A stretch of DNA of 64,000 nt, from assembly GCA_009602735.1 (NCBI GenBank), contig WELA01000963.1:278192-342191 (forward strand), given 5' to 3'. The position numbers and the translations under genes were made by a program. The stretch's first letter is position 1. Every line of letters starts with the position of its first letter. Positions 1 to 17,984 of the stretch are shown here, one piece after another. The notes below the pieces were generated by a model. That model saw only the letters and a program-made list of their open reading frames with translations. It ran no database searches and was not told where the DNA came from. Source of the stretch: Mesotaenium endlicherianum. Its lineage: Eukaryota.

Positions 1-122
1 CCCTCCCCCCCGCTCCCTTTCTCTCTCTCTCACTCCCCCTCCGTCTCCCTCTACCTCTCCCTCTTGTCCCTCTCCCTCTCCCTCTCTCTTTTCCTCTCCC
101 TCCCTCCCTCCCCCAACTGCAG

Positions 123-3727
<3,605 letters not shown>

Positions 3728-5007
3728 TACATCTTGTTTGCCTGGGCACGAAGTGGCAATTTGCTAGGTGTTGCGCACATTTGAATGGAGAGCGCGTCTT
3801 GTATATTGCAAATGAGGATGTGGCCGTCTATATGGGACATAGACATTTTTGGGAGATGCAGGTTACTATATTATTGCCGGCTTCAAGTGCGATTGGTCCT
3901 ACATCAGTCCACCCTCACATTCTTGTTATCAATTTTATGGCAAGCTAGTTGCGTGTAGGTTATTCAATGTGTTGACAATTAACACCTTTGACCTCCTTCA
4001 CCCGTCCTTCGGCATAGAATAATCTCCTCTCCACCGTTCGCTAAACTCCAACGCAAGTTACAACCTAATCGGCGAATAGCTAATATCCATGATTTCCAAA
4101 CGTGTCACACAATCAAGCCCAAAAGACCTATAACCTACAAAGTGCGTACGTAGAAATTGCTTGTGTTTGACCCATGCTTGCTTGTATTTGCAATTTTGAA
4201 GCATCCTTGTCCCTCTTGCACAAGATGTTTCAAATATAAAAGGCATAAGTTATAATACACTTTCCCCTCATTAGGATGGCAAAATGGCCACTAATGGAAG
4301 CACCTTGATGCAAGAACTCCATGCGTGTTTCGAGTGTAGTCCTAATATGAAGAAGCCTGATCAAAGAGGTTGAGATATCCTCATTAGTAAGTGTTCTTAC
4401 GAGTCACGACCCTGTGCTTTTTGGCAAGACATTAGGTCGAGCTGATGGGGACACGACGTCGCCAAGTCGGGACAAAATAGTATATTCTTGGACGTGCGTG
4501 GACGTCAAATCATTCTGGTGAACAGGTGGCGAATAAGATGGAGAAATGCAGGGTCGAAGTGATAGACAGCAATCCGAAAGCATATCCCTCGCTGCCCTCC
4601 CAAGTCCCGACATCCAGAAGCGAAATTTGCACCGGCCTGAGACCTCTCCCGGTCGACGCGTCACGACGTTAACTGTGGAAGGTGGAAAGCTCGGTGGGAT
4701 CCAGAAAGTGGAGGGAAGGCCAGAGGCGGGGCAGACAAATCGAGCGCATAATTGCGAGATTTTGACTTGCTGTAATTTTGTATTCCTGCGACTCCGGGTC
4801 CCACCAATTCTTCCAGGTTTTGGACCAGGACCTCACCAAGAAGTTGGGAAACCAGTGCAGTCCCGTCCTCCTCTTGCAGACTATCCGAGTTGATCCGAGT
4901 CTAGAATCTGCGGTGATACAGAGAAAAGTGCCTTCTATACGATACCGAGAGCTTGTGTCACTTTAGAGACGGGGAAGCACGCGCCTTCTTCATGCTTAAC
5001 CCTAGCC

Positions 5008-7321
5008 ATGGCTGCTGGGGCAGAGGTTACAGAGCCAGTAGGCGTCATAGAAATAGATTGTGCAAAAGTTATAGAACTTGTTCAAGGTCTTCCAGAATTG
5101 CCGGTGGCAACAACGCCTCTTGTTGAGCCTTTATGTATGGTTGAGACAAGTTCAACATCTTTCCTGCCGCTTGTGGATAGCAGCAGTAGTGATAGTGAGT
5201 CTGAAGCAATAAGTCCTCGGGTTTCAGCGGCCCTGCCTCCTAGGCCCTATGGACCCCCAGGAATGAGGAGATGCTACAGCGCTCTGAAGTTTTCAGCAGA
5301 GAGGGCACGCTCTGCTTATCAGCAGGTCATTTCGAGTCATGTTAACTTCACTTGATGATTGACTCATGCTTTAGTTTCCAAACGACTTCGTTATGTGAGC
5401 CACATCTTGCAACTTAAGAATATAACACATACTCAGCGGGGTAGTAACTCCTGAATGTGGACTATCTAACAGGACATACAGAATAAGCTGGGGGATGGTT
5501 GATGCTTGGTGCATGTAGAGCTTTGTGTGATTGCTGGTGGACCAGAGGCACGCTAGAGGCTAACAGTAGCGTACATGGCTACTTTTATCTCTGAGCTCCC
5601 GGATTTACAGTTCTTCCAGTGTTTGAACTTCAAGGCAGGGAAGGGGGGCGATGGGAAGGAAGATGGCGCTGATAGGGAAAAACTGATAGGGAAAAGACTT
5701 GGGGAGTTCAGTAAATAGTAAGGTTCAACTCACAAGTCCGGTTAGTTATGTCACGCGAAGAGTGGGTGATGACCTAGTCAATTTTCTTAGGCGATTTCAT
5801 GACTATAGGAGGTGAGGTTCATCTTTGTAGTCCAGAAGTTTGAGATATGGGCCCGGTGATGACAATAGGACTGACGGGCGCATGTATCTTGGTGATGGTT
5901 CAGGTTGAGGCCCTGGGCACCACAGAAGGGAGTAGCAGCAATTTGGAGAGAGTTGCGGAGGCTCCTGTCGACGGAGCAGCTGTTACCGTTGACTATGTGC
6001 CCATCCTGCGCTCTGGCATATGTGCTGATGTTGGACCTCGGTCGTACATGGAGGATGCCCACGTGCTCGTTGATGACATTACGGGCTCGCTTGGTGGCAT
6101 CGAATTGGCTCAACCCAGTGCATTTTACGGGGTATGTATGGGCAGCCCCAGCCAAATTGGCCCAGCCAATTTAGCTCGGCCAACTTGCATCTAGACTGGC
6201 TGTGCATCGAAACTGATTATACTTCAAAATAAACTGACTGCTTTGAGGTAAAGGAATCATGAAAGCTGCTGCAGGCTTTGCAGGCTTACTAGCTTCTATG
6301 ATTGAGGGAGGGCTGTCCAAAGGGCTTCTTCAAGCTTTTGATGGAGAGCTGCAGCCTCACAAGCTGACAAGCATGTGCATGCGCCACGCCTCTATGCTGA
6401 GCAGGTGTATGACGGCCACATGGGGCTGGGGGCTGCCAAGTACGTGCAAGACCACATCCTGCGCCTAGTGGTGCAGGACCCCGCGTTCCCAGACGAGATG
6501 GCAGCAGCCATGAAGGGAGCGTATGTGCGCGCTGACGAGGACCTGGAGAGCCATTGGGCGGAGAACCGCGAGGGTGCCTGCTCCGGGACCACCGCGCTGT
6601 CAGTGCTCATCACTGGCAGGACTGCCGTGGTGGCAAACACTGGCGATTGCAGGGCTGTGCTGTCGCGCAAAGGGAAGGCCATAGAGCTGTCGACGGACCA
6701 GAAGGCGACCAGCATCGGCGAGCTGGCGCGTATCCAGGCTGCTGGAGGCTATGTGCAGGATGAATACCTCAATGGCCAGCTTGGCGTTGCGCGCGCCCTA
6801 GGGGACTGGCACATGGAGGTGTGTGTTACGTGACTCTCATTTCGCAGATGTGACTTCATGCTTCCTGTGTGTTGGTTGCTTGTATGTCTTGTGATGCTTA
6901 ATTTTTTAATCTGAGCACTTTGATAAACATGGGTGTGCAGGATCTGAAGAGAAGAGACGAGAAGGCGCAGCTGGCAGGCCCCCTGATTCCAGTGCCTGAA
7001 GTGCGCGAGCTGGAGCTGAACCCCGACGACGAGTTTCTCATCATCGGGTCCGATGGTTTGTGGGACAAATTTGACAGCCAGATTGCCATCAGCTTCGCAC
7101 GCAAGAGGTTGCAGCAGCACAACGATCCCCAGCAATGCTCGAAGGAGCTTGTGGCTGAAGCAATCAGGCTTGATGCAGTCGATAATCTGACGGTGGTCTT
7201 GGTGTGCTTTATGGAGACCCCACCGCCTCAATTGAAGCCAATTGTTAAGCGAAGCATATCAGTGGATGGCTTCCAGAGACTACAGGGCCATATTGATACA
7301 GCTGGCTGCAGTGGCTGGTGA
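5008..7321 (+). CDS. Protein phosphatase 2C (PPM family). Exons approx. 5008-5325, 5904-6131, 6405-6818, 6941-7321
   Basis: Motifs RSYMED, FYGVYDGH, SGTTA, VANTGDCRAVL, LGVARALGD, FLIIGSDGLWD and DNLTV, with GT-AG junctions in phase. First exon is less certain. Confidence 0.93.
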
Positions 7322-7827
7322 CACGTGTATAATAGGAGATGAACCCACTCCCAGCACGCGCATTTGCCGTGTGTTCAGCAAGATTCATGTGGGTTGCACA
7401 TTGTTAAAGTTTGTCCATATGAAGCCAGCACACATTAGGTGGCAGCAAGATTTTCCAGTTAACTTGCTTACCACACACCCATGCCCTCTTTTTTTTACAA
7501 AAGAGAGGATATGAGCAGCTTTCGTTTAGTAGTCTCCTTATTCATTATTTCATTTTCAGGACTGCACACTATTCGGGCTTCGTTGTCATTCTTTTGATGA
7601 CCTTGTTTACTGAGACTTTCATACTTATTTGTCGATAGCAGTTCTGCTGTCAAGTCATGCTTTTCATTTAGGTCAATTTCACTCTTGTTGGGGAAAGTGC
7701 TGAAGATAATTTTTCATAAGCAGCGTAAGAAAAATGACATTCCTGTTGGGAGCAACCCGAAGGGAATTTGCAGCTTCATGTATTGGCCCGAAAAATATTC
7801 CAAGTAACAATAGAGACCTCATTGCAG

Positions 7828-9587
7828 CTATCCAAAGTAAAAGCTGAGAACAAAGTGCGTAGGGTTGAAGCGCGCGAGCACCACTGTCCCACAATAGTAC
7901 ACCCCATATCACTGTGTGAGTTTCTTTCCGTTGAGCTCTCCCAGTCTGCCTTCAAATGTTATGCTAAGTCTAAACTTTCAGTTGCGCCTAGCAGAGGGCA
8001 ATGTAAGACGACTAGCAGCTTGAAGGGTCACCTCACACAGCCAGGCATGCGTGATAAAAAGAATCGCGTCGCCAAAACGGCACAACGCACCCTGTGCAGA
8101 AACATTGAAAGTGTACTTACAGAAAGGAAAGGCGACAATTATGAGGCCGATAGGGTAGAGAAAGTACGTGGTATGCTCCAAGAACGGCAGCACTGCAATA
8201 AGACGTTCCGTTGCATATATCTCAAACACAAATCATAGGAATCAGTCACAAATATGAGGACCATATCAACAATCTGTAGGCATCACAATTTGGCATCTCT
8301 GTGCTCATTGAAGCATAGCTCTGACCATACAGCGAACTGTGAAAGTTACGGAGCGCGGGCAGGGGCGCGTACCATCATAACCAAGAAAATTTAGGTAGTG
8401 GTAGTAGGAGAGCGCTGTGGCATAAAGCACATTAGAAAGCAGCGCAGGCACTATGCCCGGCGCCACCAGCAGCGGCGACATGAAATACTGCAGCACTGCC
8501 CCCATGCACGCAGCACGCTCAGAGTCAAAAGAGCAACCTTTTCTGGAACTCAAAAATTGCACGAGAAGACTTCATCACATGATATCATGCAGCAGCTGGC
8601 AATCATTCGAGGCTTGAAAGCGCCTGGGTAAATAAAAGCATGCAAGTCGAAGGTGCGCAATACCATTGTTATAGTCGGGCAGAAGAGGAACCTAGCGGCA
8701 AAGCGGCAGAATTTGAACACGGCCAGCCTGGCATGACTACTGCTTGAGCTATGCGCAAGCCGGCTGCGGTGGGGCACACGCACCATAGAGGAGGATGAAA
8801 AGAGGAAAGTAGGAGTTGCAGTGCACGTCAAATGCGTACAGCCACTCCACTTTCTGCTCTACAGCATGCGTGTGCCCCCCGCTCTCCTCTCTCAGGTATC
8901 GGTTCGATAAGAAGCTGCAACGTCGGCATCACTTGCAGATTAGAAACAGTACCACCGAAGCACATGTTGATCAACAATGGCAGAAAGCGGCGAGCGAGGT
9001 ATTTCTTGAACCCGCGACCAAAGGCCTAGAGCCACCTGAACATGTGAAGCTTTCCAATAAAGGTCTCGTACAAGCACGAAGAAAGTGCAGTAATAACGTC
9101 GAGGCAACCGAGAGCGGAGAAAGGACAAACCAGCAGGCAGAGGCAAGGGCAGCGCCGGCCAGCAGGAAGTGCAGCAGCACCACACCCACCACCGTGATGG
9201 CCGCATGCACCAGACCATCCCCATACCTGCAGGAACCATATCCGAAGCAGAAGCAGCTCAGTGCCATAAGGCATTAGGTCCAGCAAAACCTTTGCAAAGC
9301 ATGCCCAAAGGGTGTTCAAATACCAGAGCCCAGCCTTCTCTTGCAGGACACCACAACACATTCTTTCTGTCGCCTGTAACGACTGCGCGCCTGCAGAAGC
9401 ATTGTGCCAGGTGTACAGTCTGAGCATATATTCTTTGCACCCCTGGCTGCCAATGGTTGTGTGACATGTAAAGGCATCCATTGGCACCCCACATTATACA
9501 GCCAACTGCATGTATGCCTGTTTGAGATTGTGCATGCGCACACGTGCGTACATGCGTGTGTGCGTGTGTGCGTGTGTATGTGTGTGC

Positions 9588-9657
<70 letters not shown>

Positions 9658-10871
9658 ACGCGCGCGAGTGGGAGCGCACGCACGAGTGTGCGTGCCCGCG
9701 TGAGAGAAAGAGAGACAGAGACATACGCAGCACAGAAGGCAGTCGCTGCCACTGTCAGGAGGACGCAGCAGATGACAATGAAGGCAGGGTCATCTCTTGC
9801 CCACTGGTTCTTTGTTTCTGCAACCAAGGTAAGCACACGCCCGCCATTCAGGTCGGCAAAAGCAGCAGTGGTGGCGACCCCAAAAGGCACGCATGACCGC
9901 CACTACTGAGCTCCCCAAACAATATTGCTTGTATGAAGCTTCGAGAACAAAATACATACTTAAGTTTGCTTCCCCTAAAAAAATTCTGACGCAAATTGTG
10001 CCGCTTGTCCAAGCAAGGCCGCCTAGCAGTTAGTATTTGTTTAAACTAAAAAGTTGTGCTCAGCCTAAGAGCTGTAGGTTGTGAGCGAAGGGAGGGCGAA
10101 AGACATACGTTTATGATACTTGGTATGCTGGTACCTGCACAATCACACACACAATCCACATCAAACAGAACCTTCAGGAATGCCATTATCTTCCTCCAAC
10201 CTAGCAACCTCTGCTGACGGTAAGACATTCTAAAAAGGTCTCAAGAATTAGCATCCTGAGTATTATAACATCCAGAGAGAACTGAGGCTTTCCGCACACT
10301 ATTGCAGATGTCCAAGAGGTGCGCGACTCCAACGACTTAACTTCACTAAGTAATTCTTCTTAACTCTAGGCAAAACTAAGCCAGAACGAACGATCTTTTT
10401 AGCTCTGCATGTACTTCCCCCCGAACTTGAACTCACACTCGAGCTGAAAGAAGAACTGACTAGCCTCATTGCCGATTAGTGTACAGGGCATGTAAAGAAA
10501 AGCTTTTGGTGCTTACACAATTCGCGGCGAGATGCAAAGATGGAGCATTTGCCAGAATGTGTACTCTATGTCCATCTGACGCCACTGCTCCTCAATTAGC
10601 ACAGAACCCAAAGACAGAGGCCAAATTTAACCAACTGATCCCCTTCTCACATAATAACAGCAAAAATTGAAAGTCACGCTAGTAGCGCGGTAGGCCACAA
10701 ACATAATGCATGACGTGCTTGTTCATCAGCGCAATGCATGCCGTGTCTGTAAGTGGAGGATAAGCATGAGCAGTATGAGAGACTTACTTTTACAACCCGC
10801 CTCAAATATTGGGGCAAGTAGGAAGAGGTTTTCGACGAAGGTTTATTTGACCTACTGACTGTGGGTAGCAT
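7828..10871 (-). CDS. UNC50: UNC-50/GMH1 family Golgi membrane protein. Exons approx. 10871-10788, 10584-10517, 10134-10109, 9817-9727, 9226-9131, 8914-8784, 8495-8373, 8192-8121, 7883-7828
   Basis: Spliced protein reads YLRRVVKWRQMDIEYTFWQMLHLC..YQHTKYHKQTKNQWARDDPAF..VEWLYAFDVHCNSYFP..YLNFLGYDVLPFLEHT..FNPTHFVLSFYFG*. All introns GT-AG and in phase. Confidence 0.93.
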
Positions 10872-12279
10872 AGCTGGAAGCAGAAGCTGAAAACCTCAGG
10901 CGTTATGACGGGTAAGTGTGCATGTGTATCTCAGTACAAAGCCCGCCGAGAAGGAATTCTTTTGGATCTTTACTCTAGACCACTGTTCCCTGGACCTAAA
11001 GTAAGATGCCAATAAGTACATAAGACAATCTTCAAATCATGGCAAAACTGAGGCTCAAGAATGCAATCTGAATGTTGGATTGCTTTAGAGCCACTATTTA
11101 ACCGTATTGAAAACCTGCGAACAGAATGCGAGTCTGAGAGCTGGGTACTCTAACACAAGATCAATAATCTCGAAACACCATCTACTGTCGAACATATGGG
11201 CTGAAGACTTGCAGCGCGATGGAACACACCACTTTCATTTAGCCCAACTCACATCATATTTCTTCCAAAGCTTGTGCCGGGGGCGTCATAACCGTAAGAA
11301 AACAGAAAACACCCTATTGATGGATTGCCTGCGGATTAACGCAATCAAACCTCCACTGGTCCGACCATCGCTGTGCTTTCTTTGAATTAGCAACACTTTT
11401 TTAGAGTGATACTGTGTCGATGCGATTATTTAAGCGGATTACAGCCGGCGACTGCTCAGCTACAATAATCTTTAAGTCTCGGCCCGACCTCGAAGGCCCA
11501 AGTCGTCATGGTGGATTTTTTTCGTGTTCCTTCGGGACTTTCAACGAAGCCAGTGTCCCCTTTGACCCCGGTCCACACCAGTCACCCTTCAAGAACCACT
11601 TTACCCATGACTTCACCACGCGAACAAAGCATAAGATGATCAAGGAGACGTCTTCATATTCTTAATGTTGATAGTCTTCCTTCTAAATGTACTTTCTCAG
11701 AAAATGTCTCATTCTGAACCACAGAAGGACGACATGCAAGCCTCTACGATTTGACTTACACGAACAACACAAAGCAAGAAGGAGCTATACAAAGCATGGG
11801 GTGCTAACTGGATGAAAGTTTTCGCAAGTCGGGTGCAAAGGTTCCCTTTCTATTGATTTGATTTGTAACCATCAAAAATCAGAATGTTTGAAAACACGGC
11901 GCAACCAAAAAAGTGTTGCAATGGACGCCCAAATTTTAGAGGGACTTATCACCCCATGATACAAAGCACTCAATATGGCGTCTTGAAAAAAGGGATGAAA
12001 ATGTCCAAAAGGAGAGTGATTGATGAAACTTCAAGAATCTAGCACGCTGCACATCACCACATGATGCATTGAGCAAAATGTGCATTCCATGCCCATCATT
12101 CTCTACCTTTGGGTTTATGTCATCGATTACATCTTGCACAAGAGGTTGAGAACAAGCATGTAAGGCAACAAAATCACAAGTTTCTATTTCCTCGGTATCA
12201 ACCGTTTTGTAGCTGCATGTAGTCATTCTTGACCATAACCATGTAGACAAAGAAAAGAATACCGAAGTTCTTGTGAAAC

Positions 12280-13370
12280 TCATGATCTCTCAAGGGTTGT
12301 CTTTATGTTGCCTCTATGAGGAAGAACCTAAGTATTGAAGGTATATGTCATCCAATAATGTTATAGCGTGTCTCATGAGTCCAACCATGTCTAACTACTC
12401 GGATTAAGTATGTAGGATGAGGGAAATTTGATGTTAAATTTAGTGTTGTCACTTAGTCCGTATGTTTAGGTGGACGAGTATTTCTTCTTTCACATGGTTA
12501 TGGTTTTTCATTCATTTAGTCAAATTCAAAAAAAATCTCATATTGGATCAAGAATGAGAGGCCTCAAAAACAAAACAGATAGACCAATAACTTATGCAAA
12601 TGGTAACAGTCCAGATTGGGCAATGCGAAAAGCAATGGCAAGTAATCCCATGTCGATCTTCATGGGTAATTTGTTTGTCTTGGACGACCAACAAAACTTA
12701 TTTACCGCAAGCGCTTTTGGAGTTGTAAAGAAAAAGTTTGAACCCAATGTCGGCAATTGATGCTTAATGGTTGACGGCAAGCTTTGACAACTAATTTTGT
12801 TTGTTTCAATTGCTAAATGCTCATTCAAAATGTAAACATCACACATAAGCCTGGAACCGGTACTTCCAAGTCGTAAATCATAGGTGACAAAATTGCTCGT
12901 CACACCTTGGAATATAACATGGTGTTGGTGCTTGTGGAAGGCAAGGCATCAAAAACGTCTCGAAGATGTTGCACATATTTATTTTAGATGCCTCTTGGCA
13001 CAAATATACCAATTGGGTCGAGCTAATTTCAGGTGCCAAGTCAAGTTGGTCGCAGCGAATCGTTTTCAAAGCGCGGCGCTTAGCCAAGTTGCGCTCACAA
13101 ACAAATGGTTGTAAGCCACAATTCAATGATGGGCAGCTTTTGGTGTAAAACATGATATTTTACGGGCTCAAGCTCTAGGTGTTTTTTTGGTATGCACTCG
13201 TTCTTTACGAGACCTCAACGATTGGCGTGAACAAGTCTTCGTGTCAAGATGTGGATGAATATTGAGGATGGGTCGTAAATGACATTGATATCCCCTTCTC
13301 CAGCCAACCTTACTGATACAATCCACGGAGTATGTTGTCCATACTGATGTTTCAATGGTACCGCATTGGG
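12280..13370 (+). pseudogene. Possible heavily decayed non-LTR (L1-like) retrotransposon remnant
   Basis: Broken motifs in LINE order: GLKNK (cf. GLKIN), C..C..EDVAHIYFRCLLAQ (zf-RVT-like), WSQRIVF (cf. W..RN..VF), EYVVHTDVS (cf. RNase H YTDGS). No long ORF. Confidence 0.3.
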
Positions 13371-16314
13371 TGTTTAATTGTGCTCGCGACCAAAAACGGG
13401 ATTTCAAAATTGAAAATGTTCCATAACAAACCTCAAAGGCAAACGATAACTTTTGTGTGAACATTTAATAAACCATCGCAAAAACATTGCTGGCAAATGG
13501 TCTGCGACAACACTATCAAATATATATGCTTTATTTTTTTCCCATAGAAGTGACGAACACACGTGAGTCCTTCGACGTTTATCGTACACCTTTTCTACGT
13601 CTTGTCATTGATTTCATTTTATTACTTTCTCACTCGATCGTTAAGATGGAACCGATTCACTGTAATGAATTTGAAATTTTTTCTAAATTTTCACATGTGA
13701 TTTCTCAATGCAAATATTTTGGCTTTTATTATTGGTACACCAATTATCTATTTCTGTATGAAGAGGGTAAATTGGTATGTTTTCTTACCAGTATACTTTG
13801 AAAGCCTTAAGACCCCTATCAGTGTTCATCGTGCAAACGATGGCAGTAAAGTTATGCATGAACGATTCATAATTTACGATTTACAATTTACTTCAAGCTT
13901 TTTGCTATTGCATTTTATCTTATGCAAGTTTCACATCTTCCAAGACGACTTCTCAAAATTTGAGCACTATTGAATGGAGAAGTGTCCATATTAGTGTCCA
14001 ATCTATCTTCAGCTGCAACCTTCTGTGTGCACATTTTAATTAACTTTCCCATAAATTTGTCGTACATGTATTATTTTTTACGAAATAATAAAAAGTAAGC
14101 ACAAAACTCATGGATATTTGAATTTGACAAAAACGATCGCCAGTCCTCTTTTACTTTCTTAAAAAAAACTTTACAATACAAATGTCCGCTTTTGCTTTTC
14201 CTCTCTTGCCCCCATTTTTTTTTACAATATTTGATATCACTTTAACTGTCGACCTATGGGATTCTGATCCAAAGTTTTAATGTTGATTTCTCACAACTCT
14301 CGTTTGGTGTGTCAATTTGAGCGCACTTTCCATCATCTAGGCAATTGCTAGTGAATACTCTAGAATCTTTGCGCAAATTGGGCCGCACTTATAGACGAGT
14401 ATCGAGCTGTAATAATCTGATTCTCTAATTGGTATTCTAGTAATTTCTTCAAGCTAACGATCCGTTTTTTAGAGGCATCTTTCAATACTAGTGTCTGTGC
14501 ATACTACGCGTTCAATACAGAATATATGGTGAATAGTGTTCACATCACGAGCATAATCCTGCCTAATTTGATCCCTTTTGTTTCTTTTTTTTGGCACTTT
14601 CTAAAAAACTATCTGTGAAAAAAAAGTAATATATCTTTTTTGACCATGTATGTACATGCAATGTTCTTAGATGGAAAAATCAACATATTACATATAACCC
14701 TTGTTTGAATATATATAACCAGCCCATCTTAGTTTACCATAAAAACACATACGGCACATGTAAGGTTAGTGAAATCAATAATTAGATGTCGCATATAACA
14801 TGTCAACAAGGTTCACATCAAAATACACCAGACAATACCTGACACGTCCTTCTTTCTTAATTTTCACCCTGAGGCAAATTTCATCGACAATCTGAAATGG
14901 AAATATATACGAGTTGGATCGGCCGCCGAGCGTCAACGGCAAATTTGAGCGAATGGAAATGCAGATTTTACTATTCTATTAATTTCCTCACGTCCATTTT
15001 GGCCAAATTCTGGAGGATTTGTATCTGACAACAGACGGTAACACTTTCATGTCCGTCGTGACTGGTGTACCTTAGTCAAGCTTCACGAGTTGAATCGATC
15101 CGGCGGGACCCAAATGGAGTGCCGTCGGGGACCCTCAGTTCTGACGTATTCTGACAGCTCGTCGATCATGTCAGCATCACCTCGTCTCGGCTGGTACTTT
15201 ATTTGTTATTGCCTCACATGTTCTATCCGCGTGCACGTGAGCACAACCCCATCCGGCCTTGCCCGTTGTGTCCACATCCAGGTTTGCTCGCGATGTTTTG
15301 TCCTTGTCTTCAGCGATCCTTACACATCTGACATGCTTTGAATTTGTTTCCACCGTGCACAAACTGCAAAAATAGTCTGCTGATAGCTGGTCACATGTCG
15401 ATTTCAAATCTCTCCGTGCAATATCACTGCCTTACCCGCAATGACTACATTGCAAGACCAACCAGATGGGCTTGCTTTTGGAACCAGGAGGAATGATTGC
15501 AATTGGCGCCAACGCGGCAGCTATTCAGTGACTGTGCAGCTGGAGAATTCAATTCAACCACTTGATTTGTATTTCATTCAGCCACAACGAAGTGGAAGTT
15601 CATTCACTTACCAGCTGCAGAGTTCTATTTCACTTGTTGAGAAGTAATTCCTTCAGCCACAACAAAGTGAGAGTTTATTTGGACCATCCTGAATGAAAAT
15701 GTTTTGGCTTCTGCAAGAAACATTTATTTCTGGAAGTCCTTGCATATTTATGTACCTTGTGATGCAAAATAGTGTCATACTGCATAAGTGAAGACTCTCG
15801 CCTAAGTTGATAGCTTGAACCAACATATGCTGATCCTCAACGCTCATCTTGGGGTGAGTCTTTCTCCTCTTTTTCACACTACCTTCCTCTTTCACTAGCC
15901 GCTGGTATTTGTGGCCGTATACCTCGATTAGTGATCTAACTACCTTTATTTGAGCCTGTTTCTTTGCTTTTCAAGGAGGTTGCGTTCCCCTTATAGTACC
16001 CCCACGATCCACTGTCCTCCACCCGGGTTCATAAGTCGCCAATCATTCCTGTCACGCCCTACGTTTTGGCCAAAATAATGGAGGGAGAATTTTGAGATGG
16101 CGAACATCAGAGGCAGTGTTCAACTTTTAAAACCCAATTTGTTACGTGTTAGGTGCCGTAACCTGTAGGCGCAACACGAGTGCCACCTGGAAGGTGATTT
16201 AATTGCAAATTTAGTGAAGTAAAAGTACAAATGAAATTGGCCAACGACTGGCCGTGACCCGCCAAAATATTACATCAATTGGCGGTTATGTCTATGCCAA
16301 TTACGGTATTTTGT

Positions 16315-16657
16315 TGTCATTCTCTTCCGCAATGTAGGGCGTGTGCCCGACCTGATAATCCGGTTAATCGAAGTCTGGAGGTACACCAAGTCCATATTTC
16401 GCTCGCGCTTGGTTGGTTGTTGCACTGAGGTTGGACGTGGTTGAACGCCTCTTGTCACCTTCGACATCACATGCGACGTCCGATCATGTCCAATCGTCAA
16501 ACCCGACCTTCTGTAACCCGAAAACAGGACACGTGGCCGACGTGGACCACCGTGGACTGTGGCATACCTGCAACCTCGTCCTTCGATATCCTCCCGAGCA
16601 AAAATGCACATGCAGAGCCATGGCTTCATGCTAGTGGCTCATGTGATTATTCATACA
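16315..16657 (+). repeat. Left arm of a diverged ~340 bp internal inverted repeat (partner 33296-33610)
   Basis: catatttcgctcgcgcttggttgg..gaggttggacgtggttgaacg and aaatgcacatgcagagcc..gtggctca match the reverse complement of 33296-33530. Confidence 0.85.
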
Positions 16658-17045
16658 AGAGGCGCATCTTCAGTGCTCAATTTCTGTCCAATAACGTCCA
16701 TTTTCGACGTGACGTCAACTCTTAAAGCTAAACAATCAAATGTGTCGCGAGCAGACCGTGAAGGAAACCAGCGAATGTGATTCGAGAGCACTGCATCCTT
16801 CGCCAAAAATGTGCATGCCTTGAGCTCAACGAGTGGCAAAGCTCATATAAAGACCTCCGCTCGAAGCTCGAAGCTCAAACACGAGCATACATGGCGACAA
16901 TCGAGCAAAAGATGGATGCAAAACGGGTTCACCAGCTTCCATCTTTCTGTAATTTTTGCCATTTCAACAATCTTTGGCCTCCACTCTCCCATTTCTTCCC
17001 TCTCCCTATGGCTACCTTCATTCCAGGCATCTCTCACTTCTAAAC

Positions 17046-17984
17046 ATGGCCTATAGATATCAAGGAGGCCCTGTGGTTGAACGTGCTCCCATCCTCACAC
17101 CAGGGTATGCAAAATATGCAAGGTTTTTTATAGGTCCTGTTCAAGATCTGGGGCGCACAGAGGATGACAAACTCCCACAATTTGCAAATATTTTCCAATG
17201 CCCAGCTAATGGCGAGAAAAGTGGTGAGCTGGTTATAGACGACGCCAGAGTCAAGTATGTGAAGAAACTGTTGTACGGTATCACATACCTGATTGTGGGG
17301 TATCCCGAGGACTTCCATGCTACGGTGTGTGAAGCTGCTCTGTCAGACGGCTACCGTGTGATCATGAAGAGGGAGGGTAGGCACTACTTTAGCCGCACTA
17401 AGGTGCCGCGTGTTTCTCCAATGAAGTTGAAGGCGGAGTATAAGAACCGCTCAGAGGAGTTATCCATCAGGGAGGTGTTGAAATCCACCAAGTGCAATTT
17501 AAAGTGTACGCTGGTAAGCCGTCCGAGGATTAAAAGAGTGGCAAACTTGCATGATATGAATAAGGAGCCTTGGACAGTGGGGGTCACTATCATGGAGGCC
17601 TATCTCATTCACACTGCAGCCGCTGAGGAGTATAGGCATGTCAGGTGCCTGTCGGAGGAAGAAGTATCAGAGCGTCGATGCAACATCAATATGGATCATT
17701 TGCTCCACGGGCGCGCTGTTGGTGCTGAAGAGGCCAGGAGGGCAGAGCACGATCCTCGTCGTGTGGTTGGCGCTGTCAGAGAAGTTTCCCCGGCATCAAT
17801 CTTGCGCTCGCGTAAGGCATTATTTCCAGCACTTCCTAGGGCACTGCAGGCGCTGCTCATGCCACTTCTCCTGCTGCTACCGCCGCTTGGGTGTTGCTGC
17901 AGACTCATGCTGTTGCTACAGCTTCAATTTTATCCCCTGTTGCTGCTGCTGCTCCTGCTGTGCTCCTGCACTTGTTCCTGCTGA
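17046..17984 (+). CDS. Hypothetical transposon cargo protein (~310 aa), possibly frameshifted or spliced into an Ala/Pro-rich tail to ~18180
   Basis: Long ORF with protein-like composition starting MAYRYQGGPVVER. No family recognised. Confidence 0.5.
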   Translation: MAYRYQGGPVVERAPILTPGYAKYARFFIGPVQDLGRTEDDKLPQFANIFQCPANGEKSGELVIDDARVKYVKKLLYGITYLIVGYPEDFHATVCEAALSDGYRVIMKREGRHYFSRTKVPRVSPMKLKAEYKNRSEELSIREVLKSTKCNLKCTLVSRPRIKRVANLHDMNKEPWTVGVTIMEAYLIHTAAAEEYRHVRCLSEEEVSERRCNINMDHLLHGRAVGAEEARRAEHDPRRVVGAVREVSPASILRSRKALFPALPRALQALLMPLLLLLPPLGCCCRLMLLLQLQFYPLLLLLLLLCSCTCSC

